Shown here: positions 26,111 to 38,817 of the stretch, in pieces
How the letters are laid out: the number at the start of each line of letters is the position of its first letter
How positions within the stretch are numbered: the first letter of the stretch is position 1
From: Octopus bimaculoides
Lineage: Eukaryota
Direction: 5' to 3'
Assembly (NCBI RefSeq): GCF_001194135.2
Contig: NC_068998.1
Coordinates: 36,725,893 to 36,789,892 of the forward strand
DNA: 64,000 nt
Translations under genes and position numbers: made by a program
Notes under the pieces: generated by a model
What the model was told of the DNA's origin: nothing
The model's input: only the letters and a program-made list of their open reading frames with translations
Databases searched by the model: none

Positions 26111-26717
26111 CGGTCTGTCTGTCTTTCTGCCTGTCTGTCTACCTGTTTGTTTGATAACTCTTTTCACCCCGCTCCTCACACTACCTAACAGATATTTCAG
26201 CCTAAATGATCTCTGGTAATATTGCTATTTGTCTCACGCCAACTCTGATAGACCACACCTATGATGTTAGACATTCCAATTGTGACCATTACGGCTTGTC
26301 AGAAGCATCAGTTTATACTTCACCTTTTTGTACAATGTAGTTCTAGACCAAATTTTCTGAAAATCTAGAAAGATCACGCCTGGAATGTCCTGAATAATAT
26401 GTCTTCTTGATCAAGGATTAACTGGACTAAACAACGTCTGTCTTAATAAATTGGTTACTTCTATGTGTGAGCGTGTTTGTGTGTGTGTGTGTGTGTGCTT
26501 GTGTGTGTGTGTGTGCTTGTGTGTGTGAGTGTGAGTGAGTGTGTGTGTGTGTGTATGTGTGTGTGCGTGCGAGTGTGCGTGTGTATGTAAGTGTGTGCGC
26601 GCGGGTAAGACTTTTAATTTTGCATTCTGAAAATGCTTTCATCTTTCAACACAGACTCACACATACACACACATACGCACACGCACACACACACACACAC
26701 ACAAACACACTAACATA

Positions 26718-26870
26718 AGGGAGCTTCTTTTATTTTCCGACACTACCAAGTTTACTCACAAGGCTTTGGTCGGCCCGAGGTTATAGCAGAAGACAATCGC
26801 CCGTGGTGCCACACAGTGGGACTGAACCCAAAACCATGAGATTCGGAAGCAATGCCTGCGTCTATAAATA
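26718..26870 (-). mobile_element. SINE family A, 5' half
   Basis: ACTCACAAGGCTTTGGTCGGCCCGAGG...GTGCCACACAGTGGGACTGAACCC. Confidence 0.85.
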
Positions 26871-27029
26871 TGCTCCGAGCTCCCCAGGATTGTCTCAGTA
26901 GATCCTTAATTTACAAAATCTCAAAAAATTTTTGGAATTCAGAATGTAGGTTGTTAACCTCGTTCTTTTACGCTTCAGCCAACCTCACCAGTTTAATTAT
27001 ATATTTATCAAAGACAACTAGTTGGGAGA

Positions 27030-27230
27030 ATCATTAACACGCTGGACAAAATGCTGAGCTGCATTTCGTCCATCTTCACGTTCTGAGTTCAAATTCCACC
27101 GCGATCGACTTTTCCTTTCAACCTTTTGGGGTCGATAAAATAAGTAGCAGCTGAGTGCTGGAGTCAATGTAACTGACTTAACCGCTACTTCGAAATAACT
27201 GGCCTTGTGCCAAAATATGAAACCAATAAT
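27030..27230 (+). mobile_element. SINE family B
   Basis: CGTTCTGAGTTCAAATTCC...GGGGTCGATAAAATAAGTAGCAG...GGCCTTGTGCCAAAATATGAAAC. Confidence 0.85.
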
Positions 27231-27579
27231 AAATCTGTCGTAGCTTTAAGTATTTGTTTTTATGTGTCTTTTATTTGTATATATTTTACTTGAATGTTAT
27301 ACACTTTGCGAACAATAATGTCGATAGTTATGTGCTTTTCAACAGACCAGTCACTGGTTTATAGGATTCCCGGATGGGCAACAGAAACAAAAGATGTTTA
27401 TGTAACTCGAGCGGAGTAAACATCGGGAGATAATATTATCGACAGATTTCTCGCCAATGAATACACCTTTTTTCAATATGCACACATATATGTGCGAACC
27501 TGCGCACACATACATACACAGTACATACAAATACACATAGATTTTCAAATGAATTCCGATGTGTATCAAGAAACAAATG

Positions 27580-27622
<43 letters not shown>

Positions 27623-27708
27623 CTACCTACCTATCTCTCTATTCCTCTCTCTCTCTCTCTGTATGTATGTATGTATGTATGTATGTATCTATCTATCTAT
27701 CTATCTAT

Positions 27709-27880
27709 ACACGAGAACATTACTGTGTGATACACGATCCCTATTGATCGGCCTTTCCTTTTCTTTTTTTTTCGATCCCTTTTGATCGAACTGCCCNNNN
27801 NNNNNNCTCCCAAAAAGAAAAGCTCTACATTGTATTTGTCCCATCTTCGTTGAGCCCTGTGTGGCTAATAAAAGAAATGT
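27709..27880 (+). mobile_element. Second copy of the Tx1-like 3'UTR, flanked by (TATC)n on both sides
   Basis: CTCCCAAAAAGAAAAGCTCTACATTGTATTxGTCCCATCTTxGTTGAGCCCTGTGTGGCTAATAAAAGAAATG is nearly identical to 14225-14300. Confidence 0.8.
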
Positions 27881-27919
27881 ATCTATCTATCTATTCCTAC
27901 CTCTCTCTCTCTCTCTCGC

Positions 27920-27982
<63 letters not shown>

Positions 27983-28074
27983 GTCTGTCTGTCTATTTAT
28001 CTATCTATTTATCTTCATATATATGTATTTTTCTGAAGTTATTTTAAGGATTTATTTAAGTCTTCATTTTTCAG

Positions 28075-28137
28075 ACTACAAACCAGCCACTAACAGAATG
28101 GCATGGTTCTTTTGTTTACATCAAGGCAGCCCCTGAG
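28075..28137 (+). CDS. Candidate 63-nt exon (TTNQPLTEWHGSFVYIKAAPE)
   Basis: cttcatttttcag|...CCTGAG|gtttgt; open in phase 0/0. No family recognised. Confidence 0.2.
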
Positions 28138-28175
28138 GTTTGTGGTTAACTGAACTGGCTAATGTACGTGTGTGT

Positions 28176-28221
<46 letters not shown>

Positions 28222-29994
28222 GCGTGAGTGTCTGTGTGTTATTCATATGTGTGTGTCCGAATGAATAAACTTGAACTCATATGTACGTATGTATGTTTGT
28301 ATTTATGTATGTATGCATGTATGTATGTATGTAGCTATGTATGCATGCATGTATGTATGTACACATGTATGTACACATGTATGTATGTATGCATGTATGT
28401 ATGTATGTATGTATGTATGCATGTATGTATGCGTGTATGTATGCATGCGTGGGTGTATGTTATGATCCAGTTTCTTTCAAGATTTCTTGCCTATAGAACC
28501 AAGCCTCATTGGTTTTTCTACAACATCAACATCAACAAAATATTTGTACATTTCTGAGTGTATGCGTGCATGCGTGCAGTATTTGAAGTCAGTGTATGTA
28601 CGGATTTGTATGTTTCGTTGTGTGTTTTCGTATGCATACAGTTGCATGTCTAAACATACATCCTTGTGTGTATGTATGTATCTATGGATATATTTATGTA
28701 TGTTTGTTTGCAGATACAATGCAAATTGCCACATTGTTCAAGAAATAGAGTCTGGAATAGCTTTTGTATGTAACACGTACATACAAATTCGAAACACCAA
28801 TGTTCACCAGATTTCATTGAGCGAACATCTAGAGACATGTAGGTCAGAAAATGTTCTTAAGTTTTCCTTTCCACAAACTAAATGACACAAGTGAGATTAG
28901 AAGAAAGATAAAGGAAAAACGGTTTATTAAAGTGTTCAAACCTATTCTGAACTGAAATAACAGCAATAATATAACAACCAGTTAATGATGTGGATTAAAA
29001 AATATCTCTAGCATATAAATATAAACAAATTCCAGAATATCGGTACGCCTGGCAAATCGTGATGTCTAAACTGCATGCGGATTGGTCAAAGCTGTATTTT
29101 AAAAATTCAGCTTGTTGGTGCGCACTAGGAGGTACTAAAGTTGTCAAGAACTCAACTGTCAGTTAAACATATTTGAAATCTGCTAATTACTCTATGTATG
29201 AAAGCACTATTTTAACTTTATGAGCATTACAAAATGTACTTTTTTAATGTTAAAATACCATAATAAAAAACGTGGTAACCAGACCNNNNNNNNNNNNNNN
29301 NNNNNNNNNNNNNNNNNNNNNNNNNNNNNNNNNNNNNNNNNNNNNNNNNNNNNNNNNNNNNNNNNNNNNNNNNNNNNNNNNNNNNNNNNNNNNNNNNNNN
29401 NNNNNNNNNNNNNNNNNNNNNNNNNNNNNNNNNNNNNNNNNNNNNNNNNNNNNNNNNNNNNNNNNNNNNNNNNNNNNNNNNNNNNNNNNNNNNNNNNNNN
29501 NNNNNNNNNNNNNNNNNNNNNNNNNNNNNNNNNNNNNNNNNNNNNNNNNNNNNNNNNNNNNNNNNNNNNNNNNNNNNNNNNNNNNNNNNNNNNNNNNNNN
29601 NNNNNNNNNNNNNNNNNNNNNNNNNNNNNNNNNNNNNNNNNNNNNNNNNNNNNNNNNNNNNNNNNNNNNNNNNNNNNNNNNNNNNNNNNNNNNNNNNNNN
29701 NNNNNNNNNNNNNNNNNNNNNNNNNNNNNNNNNNNNNNNNNNNNNNNNNNNNNNNNNNNNNNNNNNNNNNNNNNNNNNNNNNNNNNNNNNNNNNNNNNNN
29801 NNNNNNNNNNNNNNNNNNNNNNNNNNNNNNNNNNNNNNNNNNNNNNNNNNNNNNNNNNNNNNNNNNNNNNNNNNNNNNNNNNNNNNNNNNNNNNNNNNNN
29901 NNNNNNNNNNNNNNNNNNNNNNNNNNNNNNNNNNNNNNNNNNNNNNNNNNNNNNNNNNNNNNNNNNNNNNNNNNNNNNNNNNNNNNCCGATTCT

Positions 29995-30075
29995 ACACCC
30001 ATGCTACCACTGCTGCTGCCCCCCTCCTCCTCCTCCTCCTCCTCCTCCTCATCATCATCATCATCATCATCATCA

Positions 30076-30123
<48 letters not shown>

Positions 30124-30221
30124 AACGACTACAACAGACTCCACCACAACAGCTACCACTACAACTATTACCTCCACCACCACTACCACCACCGCTATCA
30201 CATCTACCATTACTAATGAGG

Positions 30222-30288
<67 letters not shown>

Positions 30289-31275
30289 ACGAGCCACTTT
30301 GCGGTAACTACTTCTGTAATTATTACCAAAGGCACCAGCATTCGTTATCATTGTCCTGTACCAGCATCTTCACCGCTCTTGTTATCATGAGCTCCATTAA
30401 CAATATCACCACCGCCACTACCAACACCACCATCACCACAATCACAACCACCGCAAAGCACTCCACACTACAACGACGACTACAACCACCACCACAACTA
30501 CAACCACCACAATAGGAACTACTATTAACACCAACACCATCATAACCACCAGCACCACCACCAACAACAACAACACTACCACCACCACCACTGCCACCAT
30601 CACCATCACCACCGCCACTACCACTACCACCACCACCACCACCACTACAATCACCACCACCATAACAAAAAACACCACTACCACAACAACCATCACTATT
30701 ACCACCACCACTGCTGCCACCGCCGTCACCACCATCACCACTCTCACCAATAGCAACCCCACTACTATCACTTACCCTCTCTCTTACCACAGCTTGCCAC
30801 AAGCATCACCACTACTACCGTCACCAACCGCACTTCCACGGTTACACTCAACCCTTTTAACTGCACAAGCCCAGCCACTAAAGCAGCACTACCACCAGCA
30901 CTACTACTACCAGCTCTACCATCGAAGGTAGAGGTAACCGCACCTCCACCACTTGCTCTAACTACCACCAGCCACACCACCATCACTACATCCACCACCA
31001 CTACATCCACCACCACTACATCCACCACCATCACATTCACCACCAGCCACACCACCACCGCTACATCCATCACCACTACATCCACCACCACTACAACCAC
31101 CAGCTGCATTCTCAGGGCCAATGCATCACACCCAATAGAACAAGCCCCACCACCATAGAAGTACCACCACCATAGAAGTACCACCACCATTCCTACTACC
31201 GCTAGCTCTAGTAACAACAGCGGAGGTAACACCACCACCACTACAACCACTACCGCCACCACAACCGCCACCACC
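29995..31275. repeat. Compound degenerate (CCT/CAT/ACT/ACC)n array with 15-nt minisatellite (ACTACATCCACCACC)n
   Basis: Direct reading. Confidence 0.9.
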
Positions 31276-31788
31276 NNNNNNNNNNNNNNNNNNNNNNNNN
31301 NNNNNNNNNNNNNNNNNNNNNNNNNNNNNNNNNNNNNNNNNNNNNNNNNNNNNNNNNNNNNNNNNNNNNNNNNNNNNNNNNNNNNNNNNNNNNNNNNNNN
31401 NNNNNACGACAACCAAATGTAAAATGTATTCCTGCAACCCGTCCTTGTTTACTCTTTGGATCCACCAAAGATAACGCAGATACCAAACAATTTAAGTGAA
31501 TTCACGTCCTCGCTCTCTAACACTTGTACGCACACATACATAAATACACAAACGCACACAGTTATTGAATCACTCTCACACACACACACACACACATACA
31601 CACACACACTCCCTCACATTTCACAAACTATGTTGCAGTTTTTTTTTGTTTTTTGTTTTTTGTTTTTAATTCCTTTTTCCACCCTAAAAGCTGATCAGAA
31701 ATTTTTCTTCAAAAATTTCTTGTGACATAAAATACCATCAACACGGCACAGCCAGGAAACTGACTCATAGGAAAACACCTAACACACC

Positions 31789-31835
<47 letters not shown>

Positions 31836-32479
31836 CACACACACACACACTCACACATGTGCCCATGTATACATATGTATTGGTACGCGCGCACAGATAT
31901 AGACTGCCACCCTAACATAGTTCCAGAAATAGTTCTGGAATCTGTCCCCTTCGCACCAGAGAAAAATATTTTTATAAACTGATCAAAAATTATGATTGTT
32001 CAGCAGAAGAGTGAGGTCATGTGACGTTGTAGGCACCAGAATAAATATAATTTGTTTTAAAGAAACTGATCCGAAATGTAATCTGGTTAAATGTCTGATG
32101 ATGTAATAACAGCGGAAATAGCAGCAGAAGTACTGTGGAATTTCAACTCGATCCGTATACATTGTGACTTGTGATTTCTCTGTGGAACTTAAATGAGAAC
32201 TGTTCTATGGTTTCATCGTAATACCATACACGACGCCAAAGACTTTTGAACTAAGTTGATGTGCATAGCTCTCTAAATAATCAAATTTTGTTCTGCAAAG
32301 GCTTAACTCTTTCCGTGCGAGGGATTAATCTCTTTCCTTACTCGGTCTAAAAGCTTGGCAGTTGCTACACAAAGTTATTTCTTGGCAATGACCTTAGCTA
32401 CTGCTCTAAAAGGGTTTAACTTCAATACTACAAAACATCAAATCTTGCTCTATAACGACGTGATACACAAAAATGCTTA

Positions 32480-33140
32480 CCTTCGTTAGCACGGCGGGCG
32501 AAATGCTTAGGAGTATTTTGTCCGTCTTTGTGTTCTGAGTTCAAATTCCGTCGAGGTCGACTTTGCCTTTCATCTTTTCGGGGTTGATAAATTAAGTACC
32601 AGTGAAACACTGGGGTCGATGTAATCGACTAATCCCCTTCCCCAAAATTTTCAGGGCCTTGTGCCTAGAGTAGAAATAATTATTTTAGATAAACCTGAAG
32701 GCGGTGAACTGGCAGAATTATTAACAACGTCATTGAAAAATGTCTTACGATATTTATTCCGGCTGTTTGCATTCTGAGTTCAAACACTGTCGAGGTCAAC
32801 TTTGTCTTTAACCCTTTCGGGTTTGATAAAATAAATACCAGTTGGACATTGGAAGCCATGAAATCGAATAGCTCCCGCCCTTGTCCCTACAAAATGACGA
32901 ATTTCAGGCCTTGGCACTATAGTAGAATGAATCATGTCAAACCTAAAATTATGAAAGACAAAATGCAACATCAGCATTGTTGCTGAGGTCGAATTTGCCT
33001 TTAGTTTTTTGGGGGTTTGATAAATATAAGTAACAGTTGAGCACTAGAGTCAATGAAATCGAATAGTTCCTACCCTTACTTTCCCCTCAAAGAAAATAAA
33101 AATTAAAAAATGACAAGAATTTCAACCTTATGCTTAAAGG
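32480..33140 (+). mobile_element. Head-to-tail cluster of three SINE family B copies
   Basis: Three successive GAGGTCGA(C/A)TTTG..TTT...GATAAA..AAGTA.CAG...GCCTT units at about 32480, 32695 and 32980. Confidence 0.85.
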
Positions 33141-34084
33141 AGGATGAATTATGTCAAGACTAAACGTATGGAAGACTAAAAGCAACATCAGCAGTATTCG
33201 AATTCAGAACATAATTTATTTCCCCCATTATTAAACAACGCAAGATAGATTACCCTTACTCATTATCAGTCAGAGAGAAGGATTACGTCATTTTCATCTT
33301 AATTGGAAACAAATAAACGTCTCCATATGATTAAAAAATAAAATAAGATAACAAGAAAAAAATAGAAGAAAGAATTAAGCAGCAAAAAAAAAAAAATAAT
33401 AATAATAATAATAATTAAGACACAACAAAATAAATGACTAAAACAGGTTGGTGGCAATTGAAATTAATTTTCTAATTAAATTCTGGTGTGATTTAAACGT
33501 AATTTCCCATAAAACAATCGATGTTTTATGGTTTGGTTTGAACCTGAAACTACATCAAGTAATGCAACAGCGTTTGATATTTGTTGAAAACTGAAGAATT
33601 GCCAACTAATTATCGATTATTCCAGAATATTTTAGTGAGAAACAGATACTAAATATATAAAATAATAAAAGAAAAGATATGATGAAAATAAATAAATACT
33701 AATAAATTGGTATTTTGGTTGCATTAAAATAATTAAATTATTTCCAACGATGGAAATAATAATATCAGTTAAGTAACACACATACACGCACATACATGCT
33801 CAAACACTGTAACACACACGTACATACACATGCACACATAAACAAATACATACATACCCTTACACACATACCCTTACACAAACTCACACACACAAACACA
33901 TTCAAGTAAACTTGTAATAAAAACACCGAAATATAGAGGAAGGAGTGGGAGATAACAAGTCTCCCCCATCACCCCACAAAAACACATACACACACACATA
34001 CACACACGCACACACATACGCACACACACAAAACAAACGCCTAGCAACAGCGACGACTAAAATAACAGTTGTAACAGCAGCAAC

Positions 34085-34144
<60 letters not shown>

Positions 34145-34191
34145 CGCAGCAGTAGTAGCAGCAGTAGTAGTTGTAGTAGTTGTAGTAGTAA

Positions 34192-34224
<33 letters not shown>

Positions 34225-34312
34225 AGAATTTGTAGTATTAGTAGTAACAGCAGCAGCAGTAGTAGTAGCAGTAGTATAGTAGTAGTAGTAGTAGTAGTAG
34301 AGGTAGTAGTAC

Positions 34313-34373
<61 letters not shown>

Positions 34374-34420
34374 CGCAGCAGTAGTAGCAGCAGTAGTAGT
34401 TGTAGTAGTTGTAGTAGTAA

Positions 34421-34453
<33 letters not shown>

Positions 34454-34620
34454 AGAATTTGTAGTATTAGTAGTAACAGCAGCAGCAGTAGTAGTAGCAG
34501 TAGTATAGTAGTAGTAGTAGTAGTAGTAGAGGTAGTAGTACTAGTAGTAGTAGTAGTAGTAGTAGTAGAATTTAGTAGTATTAGTAGTAGTAGAGATTTT
34601 AGTGGTATTAGTAGCAACAC

Positions 34621-34659
<39 letters not shown>

Positions 34660-34870
34660 TAGTGTTGTTGTTGGTGGTGGTGGTGGTGGCAGCGGTGGCG
34701 GTGACGATGCCCTTGGTACTAAGTGACAGTAGTAGCAATAGTAGAATCAGCGGCATTGGAGGCGATGATGGTAACCATAGATAATGGCTGCGGTGGTGGT
34801 CGTGGTGGTGGTGGTGGTAACGTTGGTGGTGATTTTGGTAAAGCGAGTAGTAATAGTAGTAGTAGTAGGA
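34085..34870. repeat. Compound (AGT/AGC/GGT)n array with a 229-bp higher-order duplication
   Basis: Interruption pattern GTCGCAGC...GAGAATTTG...GTATAG...GAGGTAG...ACTAG repeats at offset 229 (34143 and 34372). Confidence 0.9.
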
Positions 34871-35189
34871 GGAGGAGATTATGGGCTGGTGGTGGAGTCG
34901 ACAACGCAGACCAGACACCACAACAACCTCAATATCATCAACGAAGATAAGAAGGAGGAAGGAAGAGAAGGAGGTGAAAGAAGGAATGGATAATTTGAAG
35001 AATTACCAAACAAAAAAAAGAAAAAGAAAACAGGAACAACAACAACAACAACAACAACAACAATAAACACAATAGTTTGAATAGCAAAGCGAAGAAATAT
35101 CAAATTGCAGAAAAACCGAAGATCGAGGAATTTAATATCAAGAAAAAAAAACGAAAAAAAAAAAATTAAAATGATGATAATAATAATAA

Positions 35190-35610
35190 TAATCGTTTCT
35201 TTATTGGCCACAAGGGTCGAACACAGCAACAAAGGGGGACAGTTCAAAACAAGGGACAAGTGAGGCTTAACACAAAATCGAGTAAATAATAAAATAATAA
35301 TAATGAAGAAGAAAATTCTAACAAATAAATTTCTTAATAAGGGGAAGTACCACCCAGGGCCAACGAAGGCACCCCACACATCCTGGTCTGCACCTCAGGC
35401 AGGCACCCGTTTTCCTTCAACCACTACGAATCCTTTCTCGTGTAGGCATAAGGCCTTACATTTTTATGGGAAGGGACCTCAGTGTTTTACTGGTACTTAA
35501 TTTATCGACCACGAAAGAATTAAAGGTAAAGTCGACAACGGTGGTGTATGAATTCAGAGCGTAATGTTGGATGATATGCCGCTAAGCATTTAAACCGGCA
35601 TGCCAGAGAG
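35190..35610 (-). mobile_element. SINE family B with extended body and TGTGGCCAATAAAGAAA-type tail
   Basis: Head and core at 35490-35610 (ACTGGTACTTAATTTATCGACC...GTCGAC); tail TTTCTTTATTGGCCACAAGG at about 35195. Confidence 0.7.
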
Positions 35611-35942
35611 CTTGGTCGTGCTAGTGTGCGTGTGTGCATGTGTACCTGTGTAGTAGGTGTGCGCTTATGGGTACTGAATATGTTTGAGTGACTGTGGTTG
35701 GTTCGCACATTTGGAGACATACATGTGTGTGTGTGTATTTGTGGGTGTGTGTTTGTGTGTGTGCGTTTGTGTGTGTATGTTTGTGTATGTGTGTGTGCGT
35801 GCGTGTTACGTGTTTATGAGTTTGTTGTCTATGTATAAAAGTACATATGCCTATACGTGTGTTATTATCTATCTATCTATCTATCTATCTATTTATCTTT
35901 CTATCTATCTATCTATCCGTATATATGTCTGTGTGTGTGTAT

Positions 35943-36135
35943 CTTTTACTTGTTTCAGTTCTTTCAGTCATTTGACTGCGGCCATGCTGGAGCACCTCCT
36001 TGAAAAATTTTAGTCGAACGAATCGACTCCAGTTTCATTTTTTTTTTTTTCTTTCAAGACTATTACTTATTCTATCGGGCGCTTTTATCAAACAGATATG
36101 TTACGGGAACTTAAACACAACAACATCAGTTACTA
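35943..36135 (-). mobile_element. SINE family A, 3' half
   Basis: TCTTTTACTTGTTTCAGT...CATTTGACTGCGGCCATGCTGGAGCACC...CTTATTCTATCGG. Confidence 0.9.
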
Positions 36136-36861
36136 GGCGATGATGAAGGAGAAATACAGACGCAAACACACACACACACAGATATATATATATATGAAAA
36201 GACAACACGAAACCGGTTATTTCTCAAAATACAATGTTTATNNNNNNNNNNNNNNNNNNNNNNNNNNNNNNNNNNNNNNNNNNNNNNNNNNNNNNNNNNN
36301 NNNNNNNNNNNNNNNNNNNNNNNNNNNNNNNNNNNNNNNNNNNNNNNNNNNNNNNNNNNNNNNNNNNNNNNNNNNNNNNNNNNNNNNNNNNNNNNNNNNN
36401 NNNNNNNNNNNNNNNNNNNNNNNNNNNNNNNNNNNNNNNNNNNNNNNNNNNNNNNNNNNNNNNNNNNNNNNNNNNNNNNNNNNNNNNNNNNNNNNNNNNN
36501 NNNNNNNNNNNNNNNNNNNNNNNNNNNNNNNNNNNNNNNNNNNNNNNNNNNNNNNNNNNNNNNNNNNNNNNNNNNNNTATATATATATATATATATAAGT
36601 TCAAACACACACACATAGTTACACACACACACGCACACACATACACGCGCGTGCATGCATACATACGCACACACAAACATAAATGTACCTCAGAACATAT
36701 TTACCTAACGGAGAGTATATACAACCATGATGAACTCAAATGTACTATAGTCTGATGATAGCTTAGGTGGCCGAAACCTCTAAGTGACTGTCAACACAAT
36801 TCCTGTTAATGAATACTCAACCAAAAATGTTGAGGAAAACAAATAATATACGGACACACAA

Positions 36862-37070
36862 GGGCGGCGAGCTTGCAGATTAGTTACCGCGCTGGGTCAA
36901 ATGCTTAGCAGCATTTTGTCCGTCTTTATGGTCTGATTTTAAATTCCACACAGGTCGACTTAGCCTTTCATCCTACAGTGGTTAACGAAATAAGTACCAG
37001 CTGAGCGTTGGGGGTCGATGTAGTCGACTTTCCCTCCGAAATTACTGGCCTTGTGCCAAAATTTGGAACC
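36862..37070 (+). mobile_element. SINE family B
   Basis: GGCGGCGAGCTTGCAGA head, GGTCGACTTAGCCTTTCATCC core, GGCCTTGTGCCAAAATTTGG tail. Confidence 0.85.
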
Positions 37071-37936
37071 GACACACACGTACATATATATATATATATA
37101 TTATAAGGTTTTTAAACTTTTAAATTTTCATATTCAAAAGAGACAGACTTCAAATGCTACATCCTCTGGAAAAATTATTATTATATATATATATATATTT
37201 ATTTGTTTTGCAAGATTTTTTATGTGAAATCGTGTGTTGAAACAGATGTTGTTGTACNNNNNNNNNNNNNNNNNNNNNNNNNNNNNNNNNNNNNNNNNNN
37301 NNNNNNNNNNNNNNNNNNNNNNNNNNNNNNNNNNNNNNNNNNNNNNNNNNNNNNNNNNNNNNNNNNNNNNNNNNNNNNNNNNNNNNNNNNNNNNNNNNNN
37401 NNNNNNNNNNNNNNNNNNNNNNNNNNNNNNNNNNNNNNNNNNNNNNNNNNNNNNNNNNNNNNNNNNNNNNNNNNNNNNNNNNNNNNNNNNNNNNNNNNNN
37501 NNNNNNNNNNNNNNNNNNNNNNNNNNNNNNNNNNNNNNNNNNNNNNNNNNNNNNNNNNNNNNNNNNNNNNNNNNNNNNNNNNNNNNNNNNNNNNNNNNNN
37601 NNNNNNNNNNNNNNNNNNNNNNNNNNNNNNNNNNNNNNNNNNNNNNNNNNNNNNNNNNNNNNNNNNNNNNNNNNNNNNNNNNNNNNNNNNNNNNNNNNNN
37701 NNNNNNNNNNNNNNNNNNNNNNNNNNNNNNNNNNNNNNNNNNNNNNNNNNNNNNNNNNNNNNNNNNNNNNNNNNNNNNNNNNNNNNNNNNNNNNNNNNNN
37801 NNNNNNNNNNNNNNNNNNNNNNNNNNNNNNNNNNNNNNNNNNNNNNNNNNNNNNNNNNNAAAAAAAAAAAATTAACACCAAATATACAGTGCGTGTGTTT
37901 TTATTGGCTAAACTGGCAATATGACCATCCCCAAGT

Positions 37937-37967
<31 letters not shown>

Positions 37968-37969
<2 letters not shown>

Positions 37970-38331
37970 CTCTTTTACTCTTTTATTTGTTTCAGTCATT
38001 TGACTGCGGCCATGCTGGAGCACCGCCTTTGGTCGAGCAAATCGACCCCGGGACTTATTCTTTGTATGCCTAGTGCTTATTCTATCGGTCTCTTTTGTCG
38101 AACCGCTTAGTTACGGGGACGTAAACACACCAGCATTGGTTGTCAAGCAATGCTAGGGGGACAAACACAGACACACAAACATACACGCATACATACATAT
38201 GTACATACATATATACGACGGGGTTCTTTCAGTTTCCGTCTACCAAATCCACTCACAAGGCTTTGGTCGGCCCGAGGCTATAGTAGAAGACACTTGCTCA
38301 AGGTGCCACGCAGTGGGACTGAACCCAATAT
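37968..38331 (-). mobile_element. SINE family A, young near-full-length copy
   Basis: Both halves and the internal (CA/TA)n spacer are intact; the head is cut by an N gap. Confidence 0.92.
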
Positions 38332-38761
38332 ANNNNNNNNNNNNNNNNNNNNNNNNNNNNNNNNNNNNNNNNNNNNNNNNNNNNNNNNNNNNNNNNNNNN
38401 NNNNNNNNNNNNNNNNNNNNNNNNNNNNNNNNNNNNNNNNNNNNNNNNNNNNNNNNNNNNNNNNNNNNNNNNNNNNNNNNNNNNNNNNNNNNNNNNNNNN
38501 NNNNNNNNNNNNNNNNNNNNNNNNNNNNNNNNNNNNNNNNNNNNNNNNNNNNNNNNNNNNNNNNNNNNNNNNNNNNNNNNNNNNNNNNNNNNNNNNNNNN
38601 NNNNNNNNNNNNNNNNNNNNNNNNNNNNNNNNNNNNNNNNNNNNNNNNNNNNNNNNNNNNNNNNNNNNNNNNNNNNNNNNNNNNNNNNNNNNNNNNNNNN
38701 NNNNNNNNNNNNNNNNNNNNNNNNNNNNNNNNNNNNNNNNNNNNNNNNNNNNNNNNNNNNN

Positions 38762-38817
<56 letters not shown>

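Noticed and set aside
30323-31412. Gly/Val-rich minus-strand ORFs
   Set aside because: They are translations of the (GGT/AGT)n microsatellite.
32480-33140. Regularly recurring repeats that might suggest a CRISPR array
   Set aside because: Units are ~200-bp diverged SINE copies with no constant short repeat or unique spacers, no cas genes, and the context is eukaryotic.
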